Origin: Pseudovirgaria hyperparasitica
Lineage: Eukaryota
Assembly (NCBI GenBank): GCA_010093815.1
Contig: ML996574.1
DNA length: 30,163 nt
Direction: 5' to 3' (one strand)
The notes below the pieces were generated by a model that saw only the letters and a list, made by a program, of their open reading frames with translations, was not told the DNA's origin and searched no databases. Below are positions 1 to 13,016 of the stretch, piece after piece. The number at the start of each line of letters is the position of its first letter. The first letter of the stretch is position 1. A program made the position numbers and the translations under genes.

Positions 1-1
1 T

Positions 2-3000
2 GATCGCGATATGCTTTTTAAACCTACGAAAGAGTACCTCTCCGCTACCGGGAAGCGATAAGCCGTAATTTATACGGTAGTTATCGACTCTAGTAGTGGA
101 GGAATCGTAATTAAGAATGACAGAAACGAGACACTCGTAATTCCGAGGAATACGGTGCTCGGTAAAATCCGCGAACTAGACATTATAGAATGCTACTAAA
201 TCTCTAATGCTAACGTAGATCTCGCTACCCTTCCTCCCTTAGAAGCCGTAAATATTAACCCTAAGCTCGAGACTCGTCTCCTAAACGGAATAATGCTCTA
301 TGGTAGGGAAGAGAAGGCTATAAAATATAAAGAACTCATTAAAGAGTTTATAGAGTTATAGCGAGATAAAAAATCTATTATAAACTCTAGGGAAGTAAAG
401 CTTATCCTTATGAAGGACTGGCGCGAACTTAAGAAGTTATATACTAGAGTATATAACGTCGGCCCTCGGGACCGTAAAGCAATTAATAAAACCTTTGACG
501 GGCTTTATAACGACGATAAAATAGGTTAGAGTAAAAAGCCTACCTAATTCGGCTCCCTAGTTTTTATTATCTAGAGAGAGGTCTATGATCCAAAGATAAA
601 TGGGCTGATATGGAAACCACGCGTAGTGATTAACATTAGAGGCCTTAATATAATTACCGTTAAAGATTCCTACCCGTTAATAAGAATGGATGACATACTC
701 TAGGCTAGCCGAGATTGCCACTATATCATAACAATGGACGCTATAAGTATATTCTACTAATGGTTAGTATAAGAAGAAGATCGTGAGTAATTCATGGTAA
801 ACACCTATAGGGGTTAAGAATACCTAAAAGTTCTTACCATAGGCTACGTTAATTTAGTCCAGCACGTGTAACGGGAACTTGATAATCTCCTACGAGAGTT
901 CCCATAGGCGAAAGCCTATATAGACGATATAGTAGTTTTCTCTAAGATATTCGAAGAGTATATTTATCATTTACGGTAACTATAGAGTATACTATTAAAC
1001 TTTAATATGTCTCTCGCCGTAACCAAGACGTTCGTCGGGTATCCAAGTACTATAATCCTTAGAAAAAGAGTTAACGCCTTCGAACTATCTTTAAAGGTAG
1101 AAAGAATTATAGCTCTAAAAGAAATATAGTTTCTAAAAGATACTATAGCGCTTAAACGATACCTAGGAATGGCGGGATATCTACGAGGATAGTTACTATA
1201 CTATACATAGTTAGTCTTACCGTTACTAAAAGCTAGTACTAAGCTCTTCCGCTATGCCCCTCGTAAAAAGACTTAGCGAAAAGTATAGGCCTCGAAAAGG
1301 CCAGTTCCATAGACTAAAGTACTTATCGAATCATTTTAAGCTATATAAGGACTATGGGATAACCCGATCTTCTATTATTACTATAAGCCGGTAAGATATA
1401 CGTTCCTAGACGTCGACGCTTTAAAAGAGTATAGCTTTAGAGTCTTTATGTACCATGTTCGCGGGGACCTAGATCTAGTAATATCGTTAGTTCCGGTTAA
1501 CGATCCTATCGATCCTAACGAGACTAATCTTAATCTACTTAACCCCCTAAGAATATCGTGGCTACGTTAGGTAGAATTATTCCTAAAGGAAGTAATATAA
1601 CTAATATTGTTTCTTAGTAAAGCTATCACGGTAACTAAACGAAACTATTGGCCCATAGAACTTGAAATGGCTGGTCTGGTTTAGTTAGTAACTAAACTTC
1701 GACACTTTATTAAATTATTAGTATAGTTTATTATATTCACGGACCATACCGTAATAACGGCTATTATATATCAGACGAAGCTCTCTAGCATAGCCGCCGA
1801 CTATAAGAATATCCGTCTTATCCGAGTAGCTTAATATCTCTTATAATATAAGCTCGATATCCGATACCGCCCTAGTAGGAACTATATTATGCTAGACGCT
1901 CTTAGTAGGCTTATAAGTACGGCGCCAGCCGTAGAAGGTAATATGCTAGATAAGATCGCATAGGCTTTTACGATCGGTAGCGATAAAGGGATAATTACTA
2001 AACTCACCTACGTCTATTACGTAGTCTTGATTAAAATGGTAGATAAATTCAAGGATCGCCTATAAAAAGCCTATAAAGACGACGAGGCATGGAATAAAGT
2101 ACGCGAAGTACTAATTAAGGAAGATACTCTACGACATGGAGACGAGAACGTACTAATACACGTTAACTTCTCCAAAGGGGAATTGCTACTAAAAGGGAAA
2201 TCACAACCCCTAAATGGACTGAAATTCTTTATAAAAGACGGCATGATTTATAATATCGATCGTGGCAACGATCGTAAGAGGCTATGTATTCCCCATGCCC
2301 TTCTTGGCGAGATCTTTAACGCACTTTACGATCATAGTTTCTATTAAGGCGAGAATAGACTCTATAAGAGAGTGTCTATATCTTTCTACGTACGACATCT
2401 TTCGAAAGAAGTCAAGGCCTATATTAAATATTATAAGTAATGTAATAAGGCGAGGACCTCTCGGTAACAGCTATACGGGAGTTTTACTCCCATCGCGACT
2501 TAGTACGTACTATTTAGAACCATATACCTCGATCTTATCACCGCCCTACCTAAAATAGTAACCGGTTACGACGCTCTAGCGCCTATCATCTATAAAGCTA
2601 CTAAACGAGTGCTGCTCGTTCTAGGACGCACTGACTAGGGCGCTAAAGAATAGGCTAGTCTAATTCTACCAAACCTCGTTAAACACGATTAGGGAATTCC
2701 GGCTAAAATCATTTTAGATAGGGATGCGAGATAGCTTTTAGCCTTCTAGTAAAAGGTCTTTAGCATGCTAGGAGTTAAATTCCTAATGTCCGCCGTATAT
2801 CGTCTATAAATAGACGGCTAGGTAGAGAGAATAAACCAATCTATAGAGATCGGAATTCGTTTCGTGGTTACCGAGAATCCCGACGAAGATTAGGATACCT
2901 ACTTACTATTTCTATAAGGCTTCATGAATAACGCTACGAATGAAACTACTAGCATGTCTCTAAACGAGTAATTATACGGTTTTAAAGTTAAAGATAGCGC

Positions 3001-3633
3001 GGACGTACTACATGAATTGCCTCCTAAAGATTATGAATCGCTCCGTTTAAAGAATAGAGAAATAGCTACCGAAGCTACTAGCTTCGTAGCGGTTATAATA
3101 AAGTACCGATATAATAAGAAGTATAAGCCTCTTCGTCTAAAACCCGGAGCCGAAGTATATCTACGATTATACTACGGTTACCGCGTACACGGGCACGTAA
3201 ATAGGAAGTTCGATATTTAGAGAACCGGTCCGTTTAAAATTTTATAACGTATTAAGGAATAACACGTACGAACTCGACCTTCCGGAGAGCGTGAAAATCC
3301 ACCTAGTAGTATTAGTTAGCTAGCTAGTACTATACCCGCCCGGCACGGATCTATTCGGACGTAACTAGGGCACTAACGAACTACCTAGCGTTTTCGCCGA
3401 AGACGATCTAGACGAATATCCATCTTATGAAATTAAAAGGTTTCTCGACCGACGCTAGAATTAGAATATAAAGAAGAAACAGTACCTAGTTAAATGGAAG
3501 GGCTAGGGTCTAATTTATAACTAATAGTATAATAAAGAAGACCTTGGAGATGCCCGCGAACTTCGAGAGAAATTTAATATAATATATCTAACCTTAAAAA
3601 CGGAGATGAGAAACCGTAAAAGAGGACCTAGAT
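2..3633 (+). pseudogene. pol: Element A pol (RT, RNase H, integrase, chromodomain), RIP-mutated
   Basis: Frame +2: RVVI(D)IRGLN (~620), FY(Q)WLV (~752), YIDDIVVFS (YIDD at 917-928), LDVDA(S)KEY (~1405), NYWP(T)ELEMAGLV (~1643), IFTDH (~1733), DLITALP (~2531), SDRD (~2715), GPFKI (~3226). A +1 frameshift near 3255 is followed by YELDLPESVKIH and the chromodomain YEIKRFLDRR..YLVKWKG(W)G (3426-3530). Track ORF 3017-3220 is an in-frame fragment. Confidence 0.93.
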
Positions 3634-3726
3634 AAAAGGAATTCACAGCCTTAAGTACTAAGAGGCGTTTCTTGCATAGCGTTGAAATCCTAGCTTAGGT
3701 TAGAAACCGAAAGGTTCCTACCTAAG

Positions 3727-4484
3727 ATGGATATAATTCCGAATTATCATTAATTGCATGTATACGTTTCTTTTCGCGTTTACCCTTTAGAAGTACTACC
3801 GTGTAATAAAAGAATTATATTAATAAAAGAATTATATCTAATGTTAAACGTATAATAGTATCAAAGCATTATATCTAATATTAGATACGTCTCTAACCTA
3901 AAAAACACACTTTACCGAAACTACGCCCATGTGTATAACTATTCCAATAATTATATTCCCTAAACATTCGTAGTAATAGTGAGCGAAATAGTATAACGGT
4001 CTAAGAGGAATAGAATCCGTGAACAAAAACACAGCGATATTAATTATTACCGCATACCTACGAGCTTAAATAAATTCTTAACGCATTATAACACGAATTC
4101 CGTGAGGACGATGAAGGAGTAATCTTATAGCACTACATCTATATAGATTAATACTAGGATCTGAGAATGCCCTACTTACTACGCATGTCTCGATCGGCCA
4201 TTAAGTACACGCTATAGACTACCGTTTAGTATCCGTTAGTAGAAATATATTACTATACACGACGACGATAACGAACACGATACTATTTAGTAGTCGAGAA
4301 TATTATCGCTATACTTACTACTATTAGTCCTCTTAATAACGTAAACCTAGTACTAGTAGATATAATCTTAGTAAAAGGAGAATTTACCCTACCGTTAAAG
4401 GAAGGTAGTAATAGTAACGTCACGCTCGCGAACACTCTTACCGCCGAGCTCGATTTACCTTCTACTTACTTATCCTTAACTTAA
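3727..4484 (+). pseudogene. Putative extra ORF2 of element A (~245 codons), unknown function
   Basis: ATG at 3727 in frame 1. Removing the perfect 17-bp tandem duplication (3804-3820/3821-3837) joins it to a protein-like frame-3 reading (TYELK(Q)ILNAL(Q)HEFREDDEGVIL...). One TGA at 4020. The 3' end is uncertain. Confidence 0.45.
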
Positions 4485-4605
4485 CGCGTAACTTATCTTT
4501 CTATCCTCCACCTTAACCTCATAGAGACTCTAGCTTAATAAGTTTTATCTATAATCTTAAATAGTTATTAATTCCTCCTTACTCTTATATCTATAGTATA
4601 TAAAG

Positions 4606-7600
4606 ATAGTACGGAGTAAAGATAATAAAGCTAAAGTCACCTCGGATAAGGAAAACGCCTTAACCCCGCTAAAAACAGTTACTAAGAGAGGTCGTAAGCG
4701 AAAGCCGAAAGGAAATAAAGGTAACGGAGGTTATTTAGCGAGCGAAATTAATAAAGGAAAGACTATAAAGAGTAAGAAGTTACTGATTAAGAAGCCTACC
4801 GCCTTAAAATATAATATAGTTCCTATTATAACTCGAGTGGTATATGGAAAGCACCCTCGCGTAAAAGGAATAATAAGCGGTATTATCGGAACTACATAAT
4901 TAGAAACCTTCCTATTCTATAAAGCGTGTATTAGAATCGACGTAGAATAAAAAGGAAGCTTTAATAGAAGATACAACGAACGAAAACTAGTCTATGATTA
5001 TCCTACCTTAGGAATTATGGTTAAGGGCCTCCGATTTACGATGCTAACTCACGGTATCTACCTTTCTAATAAGTATAAACTCGAGATTTACGTGGTATTG
5101 ATATTCCATAGGAAACTCGATAACATCTTTTACTAGAAGGATATTATAAATAGATTTATAGCGTTATTTTAAGTATTAAAGACTTAGTCTTTAAAGAAAG
5201 TATTGCCTTTTATAACGAAGGAAGGCGATAATTTCTATATTCTACCGCGAAAGCTAGACCCTCCCTATAAAGATAGATGCTTATACTACGATGATAAAGG
5301 AAAGCCGGTTACGGTTAATAGAAAGTTCTACTATCTTACTATCGGTTAGTACGTGCTCTATGAGGAGCGACCGATTCTTACCGACACCAATATTAAGAAT
5401 TCTACCTAGTAGGACCCTTCTCTTCTAAAGTACGGGGTTTATCGTTCGAACATAGAGGTGTCGTAAATAGTATTATATAAGCTTTAATGGATTAACCTCC
5501 TATATAAGGAAGATAAGGGAGTTACGTAGGATCTAAAAGGTCTAACCATGCTACTAAATGTCGCCGTGCTATATCATATTATAATCGAGATAAAAAATAA
5601 GCTTAAGATTATAAGGAAGGGCGAATAAAAGGCGCATAATAAGTATAGTATAAGGCACGGTACTATGCGTTATAATATTCTCGACGGTAGTATAATCTCT
5701 AACTCTAACTATAAATATGAGCCGCCCATGATAGAAGAGAAGGAACCAGTCGTTACATGGTAATATTAGTTAGAATTTTCGGACCTAGGAGCAAATCTAC
5801 ACCGCCTCCGCCTAGGTTTGCTCGCTCTAGTACCTATAGACGAAATTAGATATATTCTAAAGTAAAAAGAATTCTTTATAAAGATTCTAGCTACGGTTTC
5901 TAACGAAGAACTCGAGGAGAGTATAATATCCGCGGACGAGAAATGGAACTTTACCGTCATACTTCTAAAAGGCACGAGATTCGAGGTAGAGTAATCGTCT
6001 AAGAGTAGTATTATCGCGTAGCTCTTAAAACTAGGTAATAGATACTCTATAAAGGAAATAGCTTAAGTAGAATATACGTAGATTCCGGCACGATACTTCG
6101 TAATAGATACCATAGAGGAAATCCGGAGCTACTATAGTCACGCGTGGAATATACTAGTATCTTAGCTATAAGATTTAAATAGTAAGAATATTCGGTACTA
6201 CGCCGTATAGCGAAGGAGGGACGGATTAGTTCAGGTTACTATCGTAGCTTAGTAGTAAAGAGATATCGCCTAGGAATAGGTAATAGAATCTCTAGACTTA
6301 ATCATATAGTAATTATAACATGATTAAGAAGCGACGCTCGTAGCGTACGAATACTAATGATATATCCTCTATAGACACGTAAGATCCTAGCACGTTATAT
6401 AGCGCCTTAAAGGACTTAACGGCAACCATATAATAGTACTATAATCGTCTAGATACTAGTTCTAGTTAATCTACCATCTAAGTTCTCTAGAAGATAAGAC
6501 TAGAATTATAAAAAACGTCCGTGAAGTGCACTTATAGATACTATTAAATAAGGTTATACTCTAAGACTTAGTTTAAAAATAGGGCCTAATAGAGAGCGTA
6601 ATAGTAGACTAGCGTCGAGGAGTAGAAGAAAAGCTACTTAAAGAAGTCCACGCGCTATATATAGAAGATATAGCGCGTATATAGCTAATCTCGGTAGTCT
6701 CTCTTAAAGACCTCGCACGGAAATTCGCCACGGCCTATAAAAAGATGCTATAGTTTATAGATCCTTTGAATTACGGTACCATGAACGACTAGGTAACCAT
6801 GCCGATAATTATTCGAGACGGTTCCCGCGAAGATTAAATTATATAGGGTAGGAAAATTAATAAACTCCTACCACGACACCTGCTTAGTAGATATACTTTA
6901 ACCCTGCCCGAAACCTCTACGTAAACTATCTCTATATAAACTATTACTATAAGCTCACTACCTAGTTTTAATAAAATAGATAACTTTTTCGTGATCGAAG
7001 GATTCACGAATACTAACGAGGTATAGCCAATTATTTTAGTAAGAGAGATCGCTAAGGGACTAAAGGCCGGAGTGTCTATCTTAAACGTCCTGATAAACCT
7101 AACCGAAGGCGTTATTAAATTAAGGATACTGGAAGAAATATAGGCTCTAGTCACGAAGGTAATAGAGGTAATTAAGGTCCTACTCTCTATTATAAAACCT
7201 ATACTAGCTACCGCCGCGAAGAAAGCTAAAATAGTAAAGAAGGCAAAGTTAATTACCGCTAAAATAATAGTATCTAAGGTAGCTTCTATGTTATTAGAAC
7301 TTCCGCCTACCCTAATAGAGCTAACGGAGCTATAATCTACCTTAATTCCCGCGACCTTACCTACCTTAATTCCCGCCGCGTTAACCGCAAACGCTATTAG
7401 TTAATAAGAGGCGGAAATAAACACGCTTATCTTGGCCTACGAGAAAGAGATAAAAGCTTAGATAAAAGATATTATAAGGGAGGCTCTAAAAAGGTTTATA
7501 GTAGAAGTATAAAAGATCGCTGCGTAGAAGATAGCTACGATAGTAGAAACAGCTACGCCCGTAGTAATAGCTACGCCCGCGGTAACTACTACGCCCATAG

Positions 7601-8784
7601 TAGATACTTTATCTAGGAAAGAATTAATTAGGCAAATACTAAGAATCACCGGCTGGATACGAAGATTCATAGAGATAATTATAAACCTATAATATCCTAA
7701 TAGCGTGACGAAAACCATGGAGCGTGCTATGAAAGTAGGCGTATAAGATATTAAAGAAATTATTAGAAGGTACTAGTAATATATCCAAGATAGCTTTAAG
7801 CACCTACTTACTATAAAAGAAGATAAACTATATAAAGCTTCTAACGGAAACGGAATACCCTTTAAAACGCTCTTCGACGAAGTAGCGGCCGCTAGTACTT
7901 ATAATTACTATTCTAAACTTAATAATATTTAGATGGAGATACTAGTTTCTAGAATTCCTACGCTAGAGCATTAGTTTAAGAAACTCCTAGAACGAAACGC
8001 CTAGGAGCTCTTAGACGACAAGGGATCGAGCTTAGATATTAAGCTACTCGAAGTTAGGGAATTAGATACTAATATAAATGACGACCTAATGGAAGTTATA
8101 CACGAAGAAGTAGTCTCGGATAAGTTTAAGAAACAAAGGTAGTAATTTGCAAAGCTCGCGAATACCGACGACTCGGAGTCGGTAAACGAATTCCATGATA
8201 TAGAAGACTCCTAAATGGAAGAAGCCGCTACTAAAACCATGCTACTAGTAGAAACTAATGCCGTAACCGACGTAGATATTAACGTTATTATAAGTGCCGT
8301 AGCCGACGTAGAGATTGACGTTATTACTAGTGCTACGGCCGCTACCGTCGTCGCAAGCGCCGCCGCGGCTATAAATATAGAAACCGTTATTACTCCGATA
8401 CCTATAGTTCCTACTCCTACTAAATCTACTTACTCGAATTAGCTAAGAAAAGACGACGATACGTACGAATGGTCTTAGATCCCTATAGCTATACTAATAC
8501 TATAAATAGATTAAATGAATATAAAAGAAATAAGAGTAATAAGAATAGTACTAAATCGTATATTCGAATACCCTAATAACTAATTCGAAGCTTTCCTCGA
8601 GGTTCACGATAGGCTTTAGACAGTTACTATAAATCTAAAGGTAATAGAAGCTATCCTTACGTAAGAACCGGAGAAACGTAGAGCTATATTATAATAATAC
8701 TATTAATACTTCTACCGACACTTGGGAAGTGACCTCGCGTAGTATCTACGCGAGTATCTAATTAAAGCAAGCCTACTAGAGTGA
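4606..8784 (+). pseudogene. Large extra ORF3 of element A (~1390 codons), unknown function, RIP-mutated
   Basis: A single frame (+1) runs from ATA (probable ATG) at 4606 to TGA at 8782-8784 with no frameshift or intron needed. Internal stops are TAA/TAG except one TGA at 6358. It has a basic N-terminus (KRGRKRKPK), A/T/P-rich linkers and in-frame 18-nt (~7552-7600) and 36-nt (~8260-8331) repeats. Track ORF 8215-8442 is in this frame. Confidence 0.75.
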
Positions 8785-8857
8785 CGGACTTTAGCATCGT
8801 TATAGAAGATATTATCGTTTCGAGTTGATTTATCGTTTCGATTTGATTAGGGGCAGC

Positions 8858-8995
8858 TATTACAGAAAGTGATAAGGAGACGAATAACGGTAAGAACTAT
8901 GGACTAAAGGTCCGATATAGATAGCCGTAGATTCTATGAAGTAGCTAGCAATTAATTTAATACTTGACTAAGACTTAACATCTCTGTCCTTAACA
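8858..8995 (+). repeat. 3' LTR of element A (~138 bp)
   Basis: Begins TATTAC (RIP of TGTTAC) just after AGGGGCAGC and ends CTTAACA. The next base resumes B integrase (AAGTCTATCT, matching element C at 16111). The partner LTR is outside the window. Confidence 0.7.
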
Positions 8996-11710
8996 AAGTC
9001 TATCTACGATAATAAGAATTAAATTATAACTTATTCTAAGTATCTCGCTTAGAGATAAGTTAACTATAAAATCTATAGTAATATCTTCCTATATAAAGAG
9101 GGGGACTAGTAGAGGCTATAAGTTCCTATATAGCTTATATCTAGATGCCTTTATTCTTTAATAAATCGGATAAGTAGCTATCTATTCTTTAATATACTTA
9201 GGTATATCTTCCTAAAAATAGTACTAATAAATTAAGCTTAGGGTGCGTATATACCCGAAATATCCTACTAGGTTAGCGTTATAGTATCGGCTAACTACGG
9301 TAAATCGTGCGTTACCCGTCGGTATATAGTACTTTCTATTATAGTAGAGTAAGCCGTCTATGAAGGTCTACTTATAGTCTACTTTAGTCTATAATAACCT
9401 ATCTTACTATATTTTATATAACTTTAAAACTATTAGGTCTATCTTTTATAGATCTATGATTAACTAGACGAGGTCTACTTAATATATATACTAGGTACTA
9501 TCGCCCTCCTTAATAGCGCTAATAAATAGCTTACTAGGGACTTCGGTACCGCGTCTTTAGTTACCGGCTTCGGTCTTATAAATTTAATTACTAGTATTGG
9601 CGTTAGTATCTTGCTAATTATCGGATAACTTATTATCTAACCTCGTCCTTAAGAGTTAGGCCTATAGCTACTCTAGGACCCTATAGCTACTATAAATCTA
9701 GGCGCCTTCTTTATAGTTAGATCTTCTTAATATTCTATTAGCTAGGTTTATACTTCTAGGTTAATAGTAGATTATAAAGTAGAAATTTATAAGCTACTTA
9801 GTCTATTAAATCTATCGATGATTTAAAACTATCGTACTTATAAACCCCTTTAAGTTATAGTAATTAGTTAGTAACTTAACGTTATATATAGTACCTTTAA
9901 GATAATATCGCTACTACTTAAACGACTCTACTATTACTAGTAGCTCTTAGTTATAAATAGTATATCTAGTCTTAACGTCGGCTATCTTACGCGAGAAGAA
10001 CGTAACTAGATACTATTAGATCTTTTTAGACTCTATTAGTCTAGGCTAGGAGAGTATACCCGAGATTATAAATTCTAATATATTAGTTTCGACGTAAATA
10101 GGTTTAGTTAGATCGAAGTATACTAGTAATAGGATAGTTATAAATGCTTCTTTAATCTTCTTAAAGGATATTCTTTTAACCTTAGTTAATTTAATAGGTT
10201 ATAATTTAATATTATACTATTTCTATCTACTACGGACCGTAATAGATAAGTTAGTAGTAGTAGTACGTGTATTAAGTAGTGCGGCTAAACGGGAGAAGTG
10301 TTTAATAAATTTTTAGTAGTAGTTAGCGAAGCTAATAAAGACACGTATATCTCGAACGGATTTTAGTTTAGGCTAGTCTATAATAGTAGTAACTCTATCT
10401 CTCTCTATAGTTATACCTTAATTAGTAATAACGAAGCTAAGAAAGTTAATATAGTTCTAATAGAACTTATATTTAGATAGCTTAATATATAGCTTATACT
10501 TTTCTAGTCTATCTAGAACTATACGTACGTACTAGATATACTCCTCCTCGTTATCTAAGAAGATAAGAATATTATCTAGATATATAATATATATCGTGTT
10601 AAGTAGGCCTACTAGCGCGTTATTAATATACGCTTAGAAGGTATCTAGCGTGTTAGTTAGTCTAAAAGAGACTATAGTATACTTAAAGTATCTATAACGG
10701 GTTCTAAAAGCCGTTTTCTATTCGTCGCCTTCCTTAATATAAAGGTAATAGTAGGTGTTACGTAGATTAAGCTTAGTAAAGATCTTTATATATTCTAGTC
10801 TATTAATAGACTCGGAGATAAGAGATAGTAGGTAATAATTCTTTCGCGTAATATTATTTAGGCTATAGTAGTTAATATATAGACGGAGACTCCTATCCTT
10901 CTTCTTTATAAAGAGGATTAGAGCTCCGGCTAGAGATATACTAGGCCTAATCTATTCTTATATAAGGTTCTTTTCGATATATTCTCGAAGGGCTTATAAC
11001 TTAGGTTCTAAAAGAGGGTAGATAGGTCTATATAGAGGTTACTAGCCGTCTTCAAGATTAATAGTAAGGTCAGTAGATTAGTATTAAGGTAGTTCAGAGG
11101 AATCGATCGCTAACGCGATATATTAGTATATTTTATACTAATATAGTAGGTTTTCATCTACTTTAATACTAAGCTTACTATTTTACATAAGTAAGAGTAC
11201 ATAGATAGTAGAGATCGCCTTCTCGTAATCTTTCTAGAATTATTCATTATTAATAAGCTATACTAGTTCCTATTAAGGTGGGTTTATACGCTAGCCAGCT
11301 ATCTTCTTAAGGAAGTCTAGTTTTAGGTTATATTTCTTAAGCCACAGTATACCTAGAATTATATTAAAGGGACTATCTACCACGATAAAGGTTAAGTAGT
11401 AGAGTTTCTATTTCCCTCCGCTATCCTAGATACTATATTTAATAGTATAGGTACTATATAACTTAATAGGACCGTCAATACCATAGAATATAGTATCTAT
11501 TAGAGCTTAGATATTAACATTAAGTTCTTATACTTATTAGATCAATATAACATTAGTAGCCAAACTACTATTAAGTATTATAGTCTAATATTATCCACGA
11601 GGGACCTTAATAGATCTAGTCTATAGTTTAATATACTATTTAGTAGATTACCCCTCTATTATAATCGCGTCTATAAGTCGCGAGGGTTTCTTATAGACTA
11701 TTAGTTTTTT
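8996..11710 (-). pseudogene. pol: Element B pol (protease, RT, RNase H, N-terminal integrase), truncated by the A insertion
   Basis: Minus strand gives GLL(D)TI(C)I(V)YLD(D)ILIF (~10560-10610) and ..ILIIVDRL at the 8996 junction. It aligns by eye with C 16111-18825. Confidence 0.92.
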
Positions 11711-12434
11711 ATATTCTATACTAGATAGTTAGGCGCGATATGTCCTAGCTACTAGTACTTATAGTATATAACTAGTTAGTTAGTTATATTAGTACTTAGT
11801 AGCTTCCCTAAACGGTACTTAGGTACTATATAGTCTATTCTACTATAGGTATAGTAAGTAACTTTAGGTTGTTTATATAAGTCGGTCCTTATATCTTAAT
11901 ATATTAATTAGTAGGGAGACCCACGATACGATCTACGTGGTTTTAAATTTAAGGTATAGTAGTAGCCTCGTAACGTCCCGCGAGATCTATTACTAAATCG
12001 GTTTTAGTTAGACGATTTTACATTAGATTAGATCGTTAGGGATAGTCGTGCACTAGCACGGCGTTAATTATTTATTATACGCTAGTATTACTCCGCGAGG
12101 TTTATAAGAGCTTAGAGGTCTATAGGGATTATTATTATAAGGTTAAGACGGTCCTTTATATTTAGGGTAAGAGACCGTTTAAAGTCGTCGTACTATTAAA
12201 TTATATAATCTTCTTCGGGTTCTCTCTAGAGGGGCCGAAGGTATTTAAGAAGTTATAATAGTAACTAATTATCTCGTTATTAAGTCTTAAAGATATAGCC
12301 CTAGGCCTAGTCGCGTCGTTTAGCCCTATCGCTAAAATATTAAAGGATAAATTTAGTAAACGTGTCCTAGTTATAGGCATCCTTAGAATATTTAATTCGG
12401 TGTACTATCTAACGTTCTAAAGGCGTCGGGTTAA
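11701..12434 (-). pseudogene. gag: Element B gag, C-terminal part with CCHC zinc knuckle
   Basis: De-RIP reading CYKCQQPGHIAPNC at ~11725-11768, followed by AAAAAAC-TAA at 11710-11701. Confidence 0.85.
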
Positions 12435-12672
12435 TGTAAAGAGTGAAGACGTGGGATAGTAGTCTAACAGTTTATAGAGAGATATAGGAATGTATTTATA
12501 GAGTAATCTCACTCTTATACGAGGTTGATTTCTAACGAGTAGGAATCGGTTTATACGGTCTACTTATATAGTAACCTCGCTTAACTTAGCTAACTTAACC
12601 TAGCTCTGGCCACTACGTGGCTACATGGATTAGAATAGTCTATATAGATCTATTATAGTTCCCGTCCTAATA
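12435..12672 (-). repeat. Element C 3' LTR
   Basis: TGTAAAGAGTG...CCCGTCCTAATA, a direct repeat of 20240-20477 differing by RIP-type transitions. Confidence 0.96.
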
Positions 12673-12689
12673 ATATCCTTCTTCTTTTT
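12673..12689 (-). promoter_or_regulatory. Polypurine tract of element C
   Basis: Minus strand AAAAAGAAGAAGGATAT immediately precedes the 3' LTR. Confidence 0.8.
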
Positions 12690-13016
12690 ATACTTCGCCC
12701 CGAAGTACTTAAGTATATATAATTCTAAGTCTCTATAATCTATCGTGTACCTATATATCCGTAACTAAGTTCCTATAACGTTATAACCATCCTTAATATA
12801 GGTGAACTCGAGATTCTAGTTTACTTTTACTAGTTTATGCACGCGCTTATCCCTTACTTTATAGCTACTACCTAGGACACGTAATTACTACTTTAGTCGA
12901 GCATATATTTAGCTTCGCTCGCCTTTAATTTTATTCTCTAGTATATCCACCTTACTCTTAAGGTAAGTCGTTAATTTATATACTATCTTCCCTAGTCTAG
13001 GTTTAGAAGGGTCTAT
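12673..13016 (-). pseudogene. Putative small sense ORF (~115 codons) upstream of the C 3' LTR
   Basis: ACC-ATA(ATG)-GAC start at 13016, reading MDPSKPRLGKIVYKLTTYLKSKVDILENKIKGERS...YFGAKYKKKKD with only TAA/TAG stops. No recognisable domain. Confidence 0.4.

Larger units (their letters stand above)
1..8995 (+). mobile_element. Element A: Ty3/Gypsy LTR retrotransposon with chromodomain, 5' part outside window, RIP-inactivated, carrying extra ORFs
   Basis: RT-RNaseH-IN-chromodomain order in 2-3633, a purine run at 8849-8853, then an LTR-like segment T(G>A)TTAC...TTAACA (8858-8995) that abuts element B integrase sequence exactly at 8996. Confidence 0.88.

Noticed and set aside
2262..2558. Track ORF, 98 aa, + strand
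   Set aside because: Out-of-frame shadow (frame 3) over the frame-2 integrase zinc-finger region of A pol.
5766..7718. Three minus-strand track ORFs (5766-5975, 6834-7154, 7458-7718), one looking hydrophobic or membrane-like
   Set aside because: Antisense shadows of the large plus-strand ORF. The Ile/Leu/Val richness is a RIP artefact.
4606..8784. Calling the large ORF a retroviral env or a Starship/host gene
   Set aside because: No signal peptide, transmembrane anchor, tyrosine-recombinase or other recognisable motif was seen by eye, so it is left unassigned.
8858..8980. Element A LTR ending at the first CTTAACA (8980)
   Set aside because: B integrase homology resumes only at 8996, so the second CTTAACA (8995) is the junction.
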